NCBI GenBank assembly: GCA_003282825.1
Contig: QBYM01000005.1
Coordinates: forward strand, 15,223 to 79,222
DNA: 64,000 nucleotides
Reading direction: 5' to 3'
Source of the DNA: Pelagibacteraceae bacterium AG-325-J17
GTDB lineage: Bacteria; Pseudomonadota; Alphaproteobacteria; Pelagibacterales; Pelagibacteraceae
This document shows, piece by piece, positions 23,023-32,715 of the stretch. Below the pieces are notes generated by a model. That model was not told the DNA's origin, did no database searches, and was given only the letters and a program-made list of their open reading frames with translations. The number at the start of each line of letters is the position of its first letter. Position 1 is the stretch's first letter. Both the position numbers and the translations under genes were made by a program.

Positions 23023-24819
23023 ATGACTGAAGAACTTACTAAAGACATTGTTAGAGAAAAACTTTTAGAAAGTAAAAAATTAGGCTGGAAATTAGAACCA
23101 GAGAAATCAGATAATATTTTAATTGATAAATTATTTAGAAAAGCTTCAAAAACTCAAAAAGGTGGCCCTGGATATCCAGAGTTTATTTTAACAAACCAAA
23201 ATTATCCAGAATTAGTAATTATAGTTGAATGTAAGAAAGATAGAAAATTTCATGAAAGTAAGGAGGGAAATAATTTTGTATTATACGCTGTTGATGGTGT
23301 TTCCCATTACTCTGATTCTTTATCTAAGGAATTTAATGTAATTTCTATCGCAGCAAGTGGAACTGATAAAAAAAATATTAAAATTTCAAATTTTTTACAA
23401 TTAAAAAAAAGTAAATTTGAAAAAATTTCATCTGAGTTTTTAAATCCATCAGATTTATATGAAATATATGTAACTAAAACTAGTAAATCAGATTTTGAAT
23501 TAAATAATTTTACTAAAAACCTAAACGAAAGACTTCATGATGAAGATATAAAAGAAGATAAAAGATGTTTGTTAGTAAGTGGAATTTTAATAGCTCTTCA
23601 AAATAAACCTTTTAAAAAAGTATATAAAGATCACAAAACTACAAATTTATTATTTAATTCAATGATTGCAGCAATTGTAGATGAATTAGAACCTAAACCA
23701 GAAAATAAAGAAACAATAAAAAAAAGTTTCGAATGGATGAAATATCACAAAGTTTTAAATTCAGATAGAGCATTTGTGGTTAATTTAATTGATGAAATTA
23801 ATGAAAGTTTTAACAATTATATAAAAACTCATGAATATTTTGATTTTGTATCTAAATTTTATGTAGAGTTTTTTAGATATGCTAGTAATGCAAAATCACT
23901 AGGAATAGTTTTAACTCCTCCACACATAGCAGAATTATTTAATGATCTTGCCGAAACAAACAAGAATAGTGTCGTACTAGACAATTGTTGTGGTACTGGC
24001 AGTTTTTTAGTTTCGGCATTGAGGTATATGATAAAAAAAAGTGGTGGTGATAAAAATAAAGAAAAAGACATAAAGGAAAAACAAATTATAGGCATAGAAA
24101 AAGAACAAGACATGTTTGTCCTATCAACTTGTAATATGAAAATACATGATGACGGAAAATCAAATATTTATTTTTCTAGTTGTTTCGATTTTGAACAAAA
24201 TAAACTTTTTAAAAATATTAAACCAACTATTGGGCTGTTAAATCCGCCTTTTAAGCCCCCCAAAAAACAGATGAAGAAAAAAAAAGAGGAACTTGAATTT
24301 GTCCTTAACAATTTAGAAATGATTAGCCCAAATGGTATTACAGTAGCATTGTTACCAATGGATTGTGTCAACACTCAAAAGGGAGAAGGATTGATTTTAA
24401 AACAGGAACTGATGTTAAAACACACCCTCCTTGGAGTTATGAGTTTACCAGATGAACTTTTTTATGACTCAGATACCAGCACTGTAACATGTTGTATTGT
24501 AGTAAAAGCTCATGTTCCACATAATAAAAGTTTCAAATCTTACCTTGGATATTGGAAAGATGATGGTTTTGTAAAAAGAAAATGGGGTAGAGTTGACGAT
24601 AAAAATTTGTGGCAAGAAAAAAAGAAACTATGGCTAGATAGTTATTTTAATAAAAAGGAAATTAAAGAGTTAAGTGCTTTAGTAGCATTAAAACCAGAAG
24701 ACGAATGGTGTGCTGAAGCCTATATGATGACAGATTATGAAAAACTAAATAAAGAGGATTTTGAGAAAACAATTAAAAATTTTTTATCTTACAAATTTAT
24801 AAATGACAAAAGTTACTGA
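23023..24819 (+). CDS. fused restriction endonuclease / N6-adenine methyltransferase (type IIB/IIG, BcgI-alpha-like)
   Basis: N-terminal PE...ECK nuclease motif; DNCCGTGSF (motif I) and NPPF (motif IV). Confidence 0.85.
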   Translation: MTEELTKDIVREKLLESKKLGWKLEPEKSDNILIDKLFRKASKTQKGGPGYPEFILTNQNYPELVIIVECKKDRKFHESKEGNNFVLYAVDGVSHYSDSLSKEFNVISIAASGTDKKNIKISNFLQLKKSKFEKISSEFLNPSDLYEIYVTKTSKSDFELNNFTKNLNERLHDEDIKEDKRCLLVSGILIALQNKPFKKVYKDHKTTNLLFNSMIAAIVDELEPKPENKETIKKSFEWMKYHKVLNSDRAFVVNLIDEINESFNNYIKTHEYFDFVSKFYVEFFRYASNAKSLGIVLTPPHIAELFNDLAETNKNSVVLDNCCGTGSFLVSALRYMIKKSGGDKNKEKDIKEKQIIGIEKEQDMFVLSTCNMKIHDDGKSNIYFSSCFDFEQNKLFKNIKPTIGLLNPPFKPPKKQMKKKKEELEFVLNNLEMISPNGITVALLPMDCVNTQKGEGLILKQELMLKHTLLGVMSLPDELFYDSDTSTVTCCIVVKAHVPHNKSFKSYLGYWKDDGFVKRKWGRVDDKNLWQEKKKLWLDSYFNKKEIKELSALVALKPEDEWCAEAYMMTDYEKLNKEDFEKTIKNFLSYKFINDKSY

Positions 24820-25774
24820 TATTTTTTATACTTCTGAATCCCAAGGTATGGTTGAATATCAAATGAACTACAAAAAAAATGGGGTTAATTTTATTGGTCG
24901 AGGATCAGATAATAATGGCGTAGTAAATACAGTTGAGCCAATAAGTGGAACAAAACCTTTAGAGGGAAATTGTATAACTGTTGCAATGAGTGGTTCAGTA
25001 ATGGAGAGCTTTGTTCAAAAAGAACCTTTCTACTCCTCATATCATATTAAAATTTTAAGACCAAAAACTAAAATGTCTGATGAGACTCTGCACTTTTATT
25101 GTTATGCGTTAAGATCAAATAATTGGAAGTACAGTTTTGGTAGACAAGCCAATAAAACGCTTAATGAACTTAAAATTCCGTCTCTAGATGAAATACCTAG
25201 TTGGGTTAAAAATTTCAAATATCCTAAAAAAATTAATCAAGATATACAAAAGAAGGTAAATATTGATTTAGACTTTTCAAAATGGGAATTTTTTAATTTA
25301 GGAAAATCTGGGGATAATTTTTATCTATTTGATATTTCTTCTAGTAAAGATGGTCTAGTTCAAGACTATGATAAAGGAAATGAACCTTATGTTTCTTCAA
25401 CAGCATTTGATAATGGGGTAGTTAAATTTGTCGAAGGTATAGCAAAAAATAAAGCGGGAACATTAACGATTAATAGAGGTGGGTCAGTAGGTGAAGTTTT
25501 TTATCAAGATAGAAATTATTTATCTACTCCAGTTGATGTTAGAATTCTTAATCCAAAAATTAAAACCAATATCTATATAGGAATGTTTTTATGTACAGTT
25601 TTAAGATTAGAAAAATATAGATTCAATTATAGTAGAAAAATGGGAACAGCAAGACTAAAGGCTTTGAAAATTAAACTTCCAGCAAATAAAAATTTAAAGA
25701 AGCCCGATTTTGAGTTTATGGAAAACTTTATTAAATCATTAAAGTATTCATCAGAATTACAAAAATATAACTAA
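24803..25774 (+). CDS. R-M specificity (S) subunit with two target recognition domains
   Basis: two internal repeats (YSFGRQAN / FNYSRKMG, LKIP / IKLP); overlaps the methylase gene. Confidence 0.8.
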   Translation: MTKVTDIFYTSESQGMVEYQMNYKKNGVNFIGRGSDNNGVVNTVEPISGTKPLEGNCITVAMSGSVMESFVQKEPFYSSYHIKILRPKTKMSDETLHFYCYALRSNNWKYSFGRQANKTLNELKIPSLDEIPSWVKNFKYPKKINQDIQKKVNIDLDFSKWEFFNLGKSGDNFYLFDISSSKDGLVQDYDKGNEPYVSSTAFDNGVVKFVEGIAKNKAGTLTINRGGSVGEVFYQDRNYLSTPVDVRILNPKIKTNIYIGMFLCTVLRLEKYRFNYSRKMGTARLKALKIKLPANKNLKKPDFEFMENFIKSLKYSSELQKYN

Positions 25775-25857
25775 TAGATTTTATTTATCCTATTGAATAT
25801 AGGATAACTAGTACCAGACTAGTACCAGACTAGTACCTAGAAAGATAAAATAAAAAA

Positions 25858-25960
25858 AATTTTACTTATTAGACTTGTTCAATTATATATATTAGCATAA
25901 ATACTCATGAAATTCATTAATGCCCTCGTGGTGAAATTGGTAGACACAAAGGACTTAAAA
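25858..25960 (+). repeat. att-like repeat: tRNA-Leu upstream region plus 5' half (25922-25960), copy 2
   Basis: same repeat of about 100 bp as at 22702 and 27481. Confidence 0.95.
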
Positions 25961-26099
25961 GCCGAGGGATTCACAAGATAGTCAGTCCATAGTAGTCCAA
26001 GGTAGTCTAAACATCCTATAGAATCACATAAATTTAAATTAGCTTTCAATTAAGATTAGAAAATAAGGTTTAATTAATCTGAGCAAACTTGCACCAGAC

Positions 26100-26128
26100 T
26101 TGCACACAGAGAGATAAATAAATATAAT
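26100..26128 (+). promoter_or_regulatory. sigma70-type promoter overlapping the left repeat of cassette L2
   Basis: TTGCAC-17 bp-TATAAT, with the GTG start 7 nt downstream. Confidence 0.7.
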
Positions 26129-26135
26129 TTTATTA

Positions 26136-27368
26136 GTGAAAAAATTAATAATACTAATTATCTTTACATTCACAATTTCTTTAAATTCAGCATTTCCAGA
26201 ATGTAAATCTCCTAAGAAGCCGAAGGAGAAAATTGTTTATGCTCCAGAAATTATTTCTTATGCAAGAATAAATTCTGGTAATCGAATTGACAAAGTTTTA
26301 TCAAATAGAAAAACTATAAATGTTTTTAGAGCCTGGAATTCATGGACATTTAAATCTTATAATTACGGACTTACTTGGGGGGTTAGTTTAAACGCACAAA
26401 ATCCATGGGGTTTTTCTCTTCAAGAAATTTTATGGGCTTATACATATCCCTTTAAAGGTCATTATGGTCAAGTAGGAATGGATAGATTTATGTCAAAAAG
26501 AAAGTGGGGAAGCGACTCATGGAAAGAATATGGAAAAACTTATCATGTAAATTATACAGATCCAGAATTTGAAGATTATATGGCAAATCTTATAAAAGGA
26601 ACATCAAAAGGAATTGATGGAATAATGTTTGATCTTTGGAAGGATAATCACAAATGGGCAGGTGGTAAATCTAAAAAAATAGTTCAAAAACATAGATACA
26701 AAATTTCTAAGAGAATAAGAGAGGAAATGGGGAGAGATTTTATTATTTTAGGAAATATCAATTGGGAAAAAGAACGGGTTACACATGAATTTATAAATGG
26801 AGTTTTTTTGGAACTGTGGAAGAAAAAAAAAAGTGGTTATAGTTGTGAAGAGATCAAAAAAATTGGTGATTTATTAAAATATCATGACAAACATCTTTCC
26901 TATCCAAAATTGATAGCCTTAAATCCTTGGAAAATATCAAAACAACCTTCAAAAAAAATACAAAAAGAATATATGTTAAAAAAGTTTGGTAAAGAAGTAG
27001 ATATAAAAAAATTTAATAAAAAATACTGGATCCAAAACTACAGGAGTTCACCAAAAAATATGCAATTTGCAAAATTATTTACTGCAATGGCAATGGTAAT
27101 ACCAGAAAATGGCTATATATTATACGGTGATAATAATCATGACAACCCATCTAATGATCACCATCATGAATTTTATGATTTTTATCACACAGATCTTGGT
27201 AAAGAAATAAGTATAGGCATGGAAATTGCAGATGGCCTGGGTTTAAAAATGTATCAAAAAGGTTTGATTGCTTACAATTATACGAAATATAGATATAAAA
27301 TAATTTTGAAAAATGGAAAAGCAATAACAATAGAACCAGTGACAGGTTTATTTGTCGAATTTGAATAA
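26136..27368 (+). CDS. exported putative glycoside hydrolase (TIM-barrel-like)
   Basis: signal peptide; IDGIMFD and INGVFLE motifs resemble GH barrel acidic motifs; family is an inference. Confidence 0.5.
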   Translation: MKKLIILIIFTFTISLNSAFPECKSPKKPKEKIVYAPEIISYARINSGNRIDKVLSNRKTINVFRAWNSWTFKSYNYGLTWGVSLNAQNPWGFSLQEILWAYTYPFKGHYGQVGMDRFMSKRKWGSDSWKEYGKTYHVNYTDPEFEDYMANLIKGTSKGIDGIMFDLWKDNHKWAGGKSKKIVQKHRYKISKRIREEMGRDFIILGNINWEKERVTHEFINGVFLELWKKKKSGYSCEEIKKIGDLLKYHDKHLSYPKLIALNPWKISKQPSKKIQKEYMLKKFGKEVDIKKFNKKYWIQNYRSSPKNMQFAKLFTAMAMVIPENGYILYGDNNHDNPSNDHHHEFYDFYHTDLGKEISIGMEIADGLGLKMYQKGLIAYNYTKYRYKIILKNGKAITIEPVTGLFVEFE

Positions 27369-27380
27369 CTTTAAATTTAT

Positions 27381-27437
27381 ATGGTTAAACGTAAAGCATT
27401 CACCCTAATAGAACTTTTTAGATATAGGACTTTATAG
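27381..27437 (+). pseudogene. truncated type IV pilin N-terminal remnant
   Basis: ATGGTTAAACGTAAAGCATTCACCCTAATAGAACT translates MVKRKAFTLIEL and then runs into the cassette end. Confidence 0.75.
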
Positions 27438-27544
27438 GATAACTTGCACCAGACTTGCACACAAAGAGATAAAATAAAAAAATTTTACTTATTAACCTTG
27501 TTGAATTATAAATATTAGCTTAAATACTCATGAAATTCATTAAT

Positions 27545-27630
27545 GCCCTCGTGGTGAAATTGGTAGACACAAAGGACTTAAAATCCTTGCCGCTTGCGGA
27601 GTGCCAGTTCGAGTCTGGCCGAGGGCACCA
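27545..27630 (+). tRNA. tRNA-Leu(TAA)
   Basis: cloverleaf with AAGGA-CTTAAAA-TCCTT anticodon arm, long variable arm, GTTCGAGTC T-loop, CCA end. Confidence 0.97.
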
Positions 27631-27635
27631 CTAAT

Positions 27636-28406
27636 ATGAATAGAATACAAATAATCTCTGACAAAAATTTTAAATCACAAAAAATTAAATCTTTGTTACA
27701 AAAAGAATTTTATAAAAGTGAACTAAAAAAAATTAATATAATCATCGTTGTTGGTGGTGATGGTTTTATGCTCCAAACACTAAAGAAAAATAAAAAATCA
27801 AAAAAATCATTTTATGGAGTAAACTCTGGAAATTATGGTTTTTTAATGAACAAATTTTCATCAAAGAATATTGTTAAAAACTTATATAGGGCAAAATTAA
27901 TATCGATATCTCCATTAGAAATGATAGTTAGAAATAAAAAAAACCAAGTTAAAAAATATTTAGCAATTAATGAAGTTTCGATATTAAGACAAAGTAGACA
28001 GGCTGCATCTTTATCAATTTATCATGGTTCAAAAAAAATAATTAAAAAGTTAGTTTCTGATGGAGTTCTTGTTTCAACACCTGCAGGTAGTACAGCTTAT
28101 AATCTTTCTGTTCATGGGCCAATCTTAAGTTTAAATTCTAAAAAATTATCTATTTCACCCATAAGTGCTTTTAGACCAAGAAGGTGGAAAGGAAAAATTG
28201 TAAACGATAAATCTAAAATAATAATTAAAAATTTAAATCCAAAAAAAAGACCAATTAGTGCAGTTGCTGATAATATTGAAGTTAGAAATGCCAAAAATAT
28301 AATTGTTAAAACAAATCAAAAAATTAAATTTAACTTAATGTACGATCAAAATCGAAGTTTGCAAAAAAAAATAAAGATAGAACAATTAAGAAAAGAAACA
28401 TCTTAA
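27636..28406 (+). CDS. nadK: NAD kinase
   Basis: GGDG, NE, STPAGSTAY motifs; start moved to ATG 27636 because the ORF-track start lies inside the tRNA. Confidence 0.93.
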   Translation: MNRIQIISDKNFKSQKIKSLLQKEFYKSELKKINIIIVVGGDGFMLQTLKKNKKSKKSFYGVNSGNYGFLMNKFSSKNIVKNLYRAKLISISPLEMIVRNKKNQVKKYLAINEVSILRQSRQAASLSIYHGSKKIIKKLVSDGVLVSTPAGSTAYNLSVHGPILSLNSKKLSISPISAFRPRRWKGKIVNDKSKIIIKNLNPKKRPISAVADNIEVRNAKNIIVKTNQKIKFNLMYDQNRSLQKKIKIEQLRKETS

Positions 28407-28409
28407 ATA

Positions 28410-29201
28410 ATGGATTTAGTAAGTATAATTGTAAATTGTTACAATGGGGAAAAATATCTTAACAAAACTTTAGAAAGTATTCAAAGACAAAAATATGAAA
28501 ATTGGGAACTAATTTTTTGGGATAATCAATCTACCGATCAGAGCAAATTTATTTTTGAAAGTTTTAACGAACCAAGATTTAGATATTTTTATGCTGAGAA
28601 ACATACAACTCTTTATGAGGCAAGAACTTTAGCTTGCAAAAAATGTAATGGAAAGTTTATTGCTTTTTTAGATTGTGATGATTGGTGGTATGATGATTTT
28701 CTTTCGGCTAGAGAAAGTTTTTTTGAAAGTCAAAAATATAAATTCTCATTTTCAAAATTTCATTATTATTTTGAAAAGAGTAACAAATTTCAAATTCATT
28801 CAAAAAAAGCGCTGCCTAGTGGTAAAGTTTATGACTCTTTATCCAAAAATTACTTGGTAGCGATTAGCAGTTTAATTGTTAAAAAAGATTTATTAAAAAA
28901 AATAAATTTTTTTAATAGTGAATTTAATATAATTGGTGACTTTGAAGCTGTAATGAAAATGTCTAAAACTGAAGAAGCATATGCAATACAAAAACCATTA
29001 TTATGTATTCGAGTACATGGAAAAAATTTTAGTGATGAACATAGAAAGATGTTTTTTGAAGAATTTAAAAAATGGTATAATTGTCAAATAAGAGATGAAT
29101 TATTCAATAGAAATAAAATCTATTTTATAAAAAAACTATTATATTTATATATTGTTGGTCTTACGCCTAAATTTTTGAAAGATTTATTGAAAAAAAAATG
29201 A
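28410..29201 (+). CDS. glycosyltransferase family 2
   Basis: VSIIVNCYN, DNQSTD, FLDCDD. Confidence 0.9.
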   Translation: MDLVSIIVNCYNGEKYLNKTLESIQRQKYENWELIFWDNQSTDQSKFIFESFNEPRFRYFYAEKHTTLYEARTLACKKCNGKFIAFLDCDDWWYDDFLSARESFFESQKYKFSFSKFHYYFEKSNKFQIHSKKALPSGKVYDSLSKNYLVAISSLIVKKDLLKKINFFNSEFNIIGDFEAVMKMSKTEEAYAIQKPLLCIRVHGKNFSDEHRKMFFEEFKKWYNCQIRDELFNRNKIYFIKKLLYLYIVGLTPKFLKDLLKKK

Positions 29202-30238
29202 GCGAAATATTTGTTGTATCTAATGATAGATTTTTTTTAGAAAAAAAAAGTATTTTCAATTCAAATAAAAACACATTTACAATAATTAATTGTTTTAAAA
29301 AATTTAAAAAAATAAATTTAATTGCAAGAAGCTCTAAAAGAAAATTAAAATTTAAGGATCAATTAAAAAATATATTTATAATTGATATATTAAATCTTTT
29401 AAAAAAAAGACATAAGTTAAGATTTAATAAAATACTTATAATATCGTTAACTCCATACAATTTTTTGATCAGTTGCCTCTTATTATTGTTGGGTATAAAA
29501 AAAAAGAATTCATTTTTATTTTTACGTAGTGACGGCTATGAAGAATATCAAATTAAATTTGGAATAATTGGTTATTTTTTTTATGGATCAATGCTTGGAA
29601 TTTTAAAAAGAAAATTTCAAATTTTAAGTTGTTCAAAATCAATAAAGGGTATAAATAAACCTACGCTAGTTTTTCCATCAGAAGTGACAGATAATTGGCT
29701 TAAGAATAGAAAAAAACAAATAAAAATTATAAAAAAAAATAAACCAATAAATTTATTATACTTAGGAAGATTTAGGGAAGAGAAAGGTTATTTAAGTTTA
29801 ATTAATTTATTTGAAAAATTAAAGATCGACTCTAGATTAACAATGGTTGGTAATGATTTTAAGTATCTTAAAAAAGATAAATATCCTAAAAATAACAAGA
29901 TTAAAATTTTTGGGCAAGTCTCATCTACAAAAAAATTAATTAATTTTTTAGATAAATCTGATATATTTATTTTACCATCATACGTTGAAGCCTATCCACA
30001 AGTTATTTTAGAAAGTTTATCTAGATTAAAACCTGTTTTAGTATTTAATGAAATAAAATATTTAAAAAAAACATTTTCATTTGGTTTATTTAATTGTGAG
30101 AGAAGCAGTTATCATTTTGAAAAAAACTTAAAAAAAATGACTAATAATTATAAAAAAATTCAAATGGGTATTTTAAAAAGAAAAATCTATTCATTAAAAA
30201 ATTTTGAATTAACAATGCATAAAATTTTTAAGGATTAA
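29198..30238 (+). CDS. glycosyltransferase family 4 (GT-B)
   Basis: YLGRFREEKG and ILPSYVEAYPQVILE. Confidence 0.85.
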   Translation: MSEIFVVSNDRFFLEKKSIFNSNKNTFTIINCFKKFKKINLIARSSKRKLKFKDQLKNIFIIDILNLLKKRHKLRFNKILIISLTPYNFLISCLLLLLGIKKKNSFLFLRSDGYEEYQIKFGIIGYFFYGSMLGILKRKFQILSCSKSIKGINKPTLVFPSEVTDNWLKNRKKQIKIIKKNKPINLLYLGRFREEKGYLSLINLFEKLKIDSRLTMVGNDFKYLKKDKYPKNNKIKIFGQVSSTKKLINFLDKSDIFILPSYVEAYPQVILESLSRLKPVLVFNEIKYLKKTFSFGLFNCERSSYHFEKNLKKMTNNYKKIQMGILKRKIYSLKNFELTMHKIFKD

Positions 30239-30888
30239 TGCTAGGAAAAATTTTTTTTATTTTTTTGAAATTTGTTAGATCTTCAAAAATAATTACTTTA
30301 TTTTTGTGGAAAATTAAAATTGACATATATCTACATGATACATTCTGGGATTTGACCACTTTAGTTATAAAAAAAGAATTAAAACAAATTAAAAAAAAAA
30401 ATAGATATTTAGATATGGGATGTGGTCAATTTGCAATCTTAGGTCAATTTTTTAAAATGAATAATACAAATGCTGAAGTACTTTCAGTTGATATCTACGA
30501 TAAATTTGTTGAAAATAGTATTAATAATTCAATTCTTAATAAAAATAAAATTGAGATAAAAAAATCAAATTTATTTTCTAATGTAACTGAAAAATTTGAT
30601 TTAATTACATTTAATCCCCCATATGTACCATTAACTAAAAAGGACAAAGACATAGAATTTCCCAATATACGTTATAGTGAGTCAGAAGGTATAAAAACTA
30701 CAAAAGATTTTTTAATTAATGCAAAAAAATTTTTAACAACAGAAGGTGAAATTTTATTAGGAATAAATACTTTTTATGTTCCAAAATCAATATGTATTAA
30801 ATTGATAGCAGATTTAGAATATAGTATTGAAAAAATAACAAAAATGAATTTTAATACATCTATAGTTTTTAGGATTAAAGTTATTTAG
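30238..30888 (+). CDS. SAM-dependent methyltransferase (HemK/MTS-like)
   Basis: LDMGCG and FNPPY. Confidence 0.8.
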   Translation: MLGKIFFIFLKFVRSSKIITLFLWKIKIDIYLHDTFWDLTTLVIKKELKQIKKKNRYLDMGCGQFAILGQFFKMNNTNAEVLSVDIYDKFVENSINNSILNKNKIEIKKSNLFSNVTEKFDLITFNPPYVPLTKKDKDIEFPNIRYSESEGIKTTKDFLINAKKFLTTEGEILLGINTFYVPKSICIKLIADLEYSIEKITKMNFNTSIVFRIKVI

Positions 30889-32605
30889 TTATTAAAAAAT
30901 CACCAATTGCGAGATAATCTATTCCTGTTCCAGAAAAACATCTAATTGCCTCAGAAGGTTTATTTACGATAGGCTCACCTTGAATGTTAAATGACGTATT
31001 TATTAAAATCGCATGACCAGTAATTTTTTCAAACTCTTTAATTAATTTGTAAAATTTTTTATTTGTTTTTTGTTTTACTATTTGTGGTCTTGCTGTTCCA
31101 TCTACATGAACTGCTGAAGGTAAAAATTTTCTATACTTTCTCTTCATTTTAAAAGCCAGTATCATAAAATCACTTTCAGGCACGTTTCCAAAATAATCTT
31201 TATATCTATAATCATTAACTGAAGGGCAAAAGGGACGCCAGTTCTCTCTATGTTTTACCTCATCATTGAGTTTTTTTTTCATATTCTTCAATAGTGGATT
31301 TGCCAAAATTGATCTATTGCCTAAAGCTCGGGCCCCAACCTCTGATCTTCCTTGAAACCATCCAATAATTTTGCCTTTAGATAATTTACTGGCAATTTGC
31401 TTTTCAATATTTTTAACTTTTTTAAATTTTATTTTTGATTCTTCCAAATAATTTTTAATTTCATTATTTGTAAAACTATTACCATAGTAACAGTGTTCCA
31501 TTTTTAAAAATTTACCTTTGTCATTTTTTGCTGATAACATAGCAGCACCCAAAGCAACCCCATTATCTGATGATGCTGGTTGAATATAAATATTTTTTAT
31601 TTCGGGAAGATCAGCTAAAATACCATTTAACTTACAATTCATATGAACACCACCTGCTAAACAAAGATTTGAAATTTTTGTAATTTTAATTAAATCTTTA
31701 ACAAGTAATTTTACAACTTCCTCCAGCCGCCATTGAATATTAAAAGCTAAGTTTTTATGATATTTAGTTATTTCTTTTTTATTAAATAATGGTTCACCAA
31801 ATATTTTAATGAATTTGTCAGAAAATCTCTGGTTGATATTTCTTTTTCCACCAAATCTTAGAGCAGGATCTAAAGTAAAATCACCATTCTTTTTATTATA
31901 TTTTAAAAATTTATTTAATCTATTTTGTATTTTTTCTGAATATTTTCCAAAAGAAGCTAGAGCCATTAATTTACCTTCTTCAGAATTACTTTTAAATCCA
32001 AAAAATTCGGTGAAAGTAGAATAGTAACCTCCTAAAGTATTAGGTAATTCAAATTTTTTAATACATTTAATTTTTTTTTGATTACCAATATAAAAGCCAC
32101 CAGTGAATTCTTCTCCCATGCCATCTAAAATTAATATACTACTTTTTTTAAAGCCAGAGGGGAAAAAAGCACTAGCAGCATGACTTAAATGATGTTTGTA
32201 AAATAGAATTTTTTTATTGAATTTTTGTCCTTTTTTAGCAAAAGCCCACTTAATTTCATTTGTTATTTTATTAGGATCATATCCTAATCTAACTCTTTCT
32301 TCTAAATTTAAGTTATAAATATTTTTTAATGTGCCATGTTTTGAATATATTTTTTTTAAAGTTTTAGGAACAGTATAAAATTGATGAGGACAATCCCAAC
32401 CAAAAGATATATTTTTAACTTTATTAATTGAGATATTTGCTTTTTTTAAACAATAAAAAATTGAATTTATAGGCAAGGCTAAAGGAGCATTTTTAACTCT
32501 GGTAAATCTTTCCTCCTCAGCAAAAGCTATAATTTTTTTTCCTTTCAATAAAGCCGCTGAAGGATTTGTTCCCACACCACCAAAAATTCCTAGGTAATAA
32601 TTCAC
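30881..32605 (-). CDS. carbamoyltransferase (NodU/CmcH family)
   Basis: EEERFTR, HHLSHA, GARALGNRS, KHRENWRPF, NTSFN. Confidence 0.93.
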   Translation of the reverse strand: MNYYLGIFGGVGTNPSAALLKGKKIIAFAEEERFTRVKNAPLALPINSIFYCLKKANISINKVKNISFGWDCPHQFYTVPKTLKKIYSKHGTLKNIYNLNLEERVRLGYDPNKITNEIKWAFAKKGQKFNKKILFYKHHLSHAASAFFPSGFKKSSILILDGMGEEFTGGFYIGNQKKIKCIKKFELPNTLGGYYSTFTEFFGFKSNSEEGKLMALASFGKYSEKIQNRLNKFLKYNKKNGDFTLDPALRFGGKRNINQRFSDKFIKIFGEPLFNKKEITKYHKNLAFNIQWRLEEVVKLLVKDLIKITKISNLCLAGGVHMNCKLNGILADLPEIKNIYIQPASSDNGVALGAAMLSAKNDKGKFLKMEHCYYGNSFTNNEIKNYLEESKIKFKKVKNIEKQIASKLSKGKIIGWFQGRSEVGARALGNRSILANPLLKNMKKKLNDEVKHRENWRPFCPSVNDYRYKDYFGNVPESDFMILAFKMKRKYRKFLPSAVHVDGTARPQIVKQKTNKKFYKLIKEFEKITGHAILINTSFNIQGEPIVNKPSEAIRCFSGTGIDYLAIGDFLITK

Positions 32606-32715
32606 CCAACTCTAATATCTTATAAAATAATACGTTTCAATTTTTTTTTATATTTTTAAGTTATTGTATATTTATAAATTAATTGTAATTAATGGTTATA
32701 ATTATATAAATTACT

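Larger units (their letters stand above)
22805..25960. mobile_element. integrase-less cassette L1 at tRNA-Leu carrying an R-M system
   Basis: bounded by tRNA-Leu 5'-half repeats; ACTAGTAC direct repeats at both ends (22930-22950 and 25807-25837). Confidence 0.8.
25961..27583. mobile_element. integrase-less cassette L2 at tRNA-Leu
   Basis: ACTTGCACCAGACTTGCACAC present at both ends (about 26087-26107 and 27442-27462); right end rebuilds the tRNA 5' half. Confidence 0.8.

Noticed and set aside
22766-25960. Additional functional tRNA-Leu genes at 22766 and 25922
   Set aside because: Both stop at the anticodon loop and have no T-arm or 3' acceptor strand.
27594-27635. N-terminal extension of NAD kinase in the ORF track
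   Set aside because: It overlaps the tRNA-Leu gene; ATG 27636 is the plausible start.
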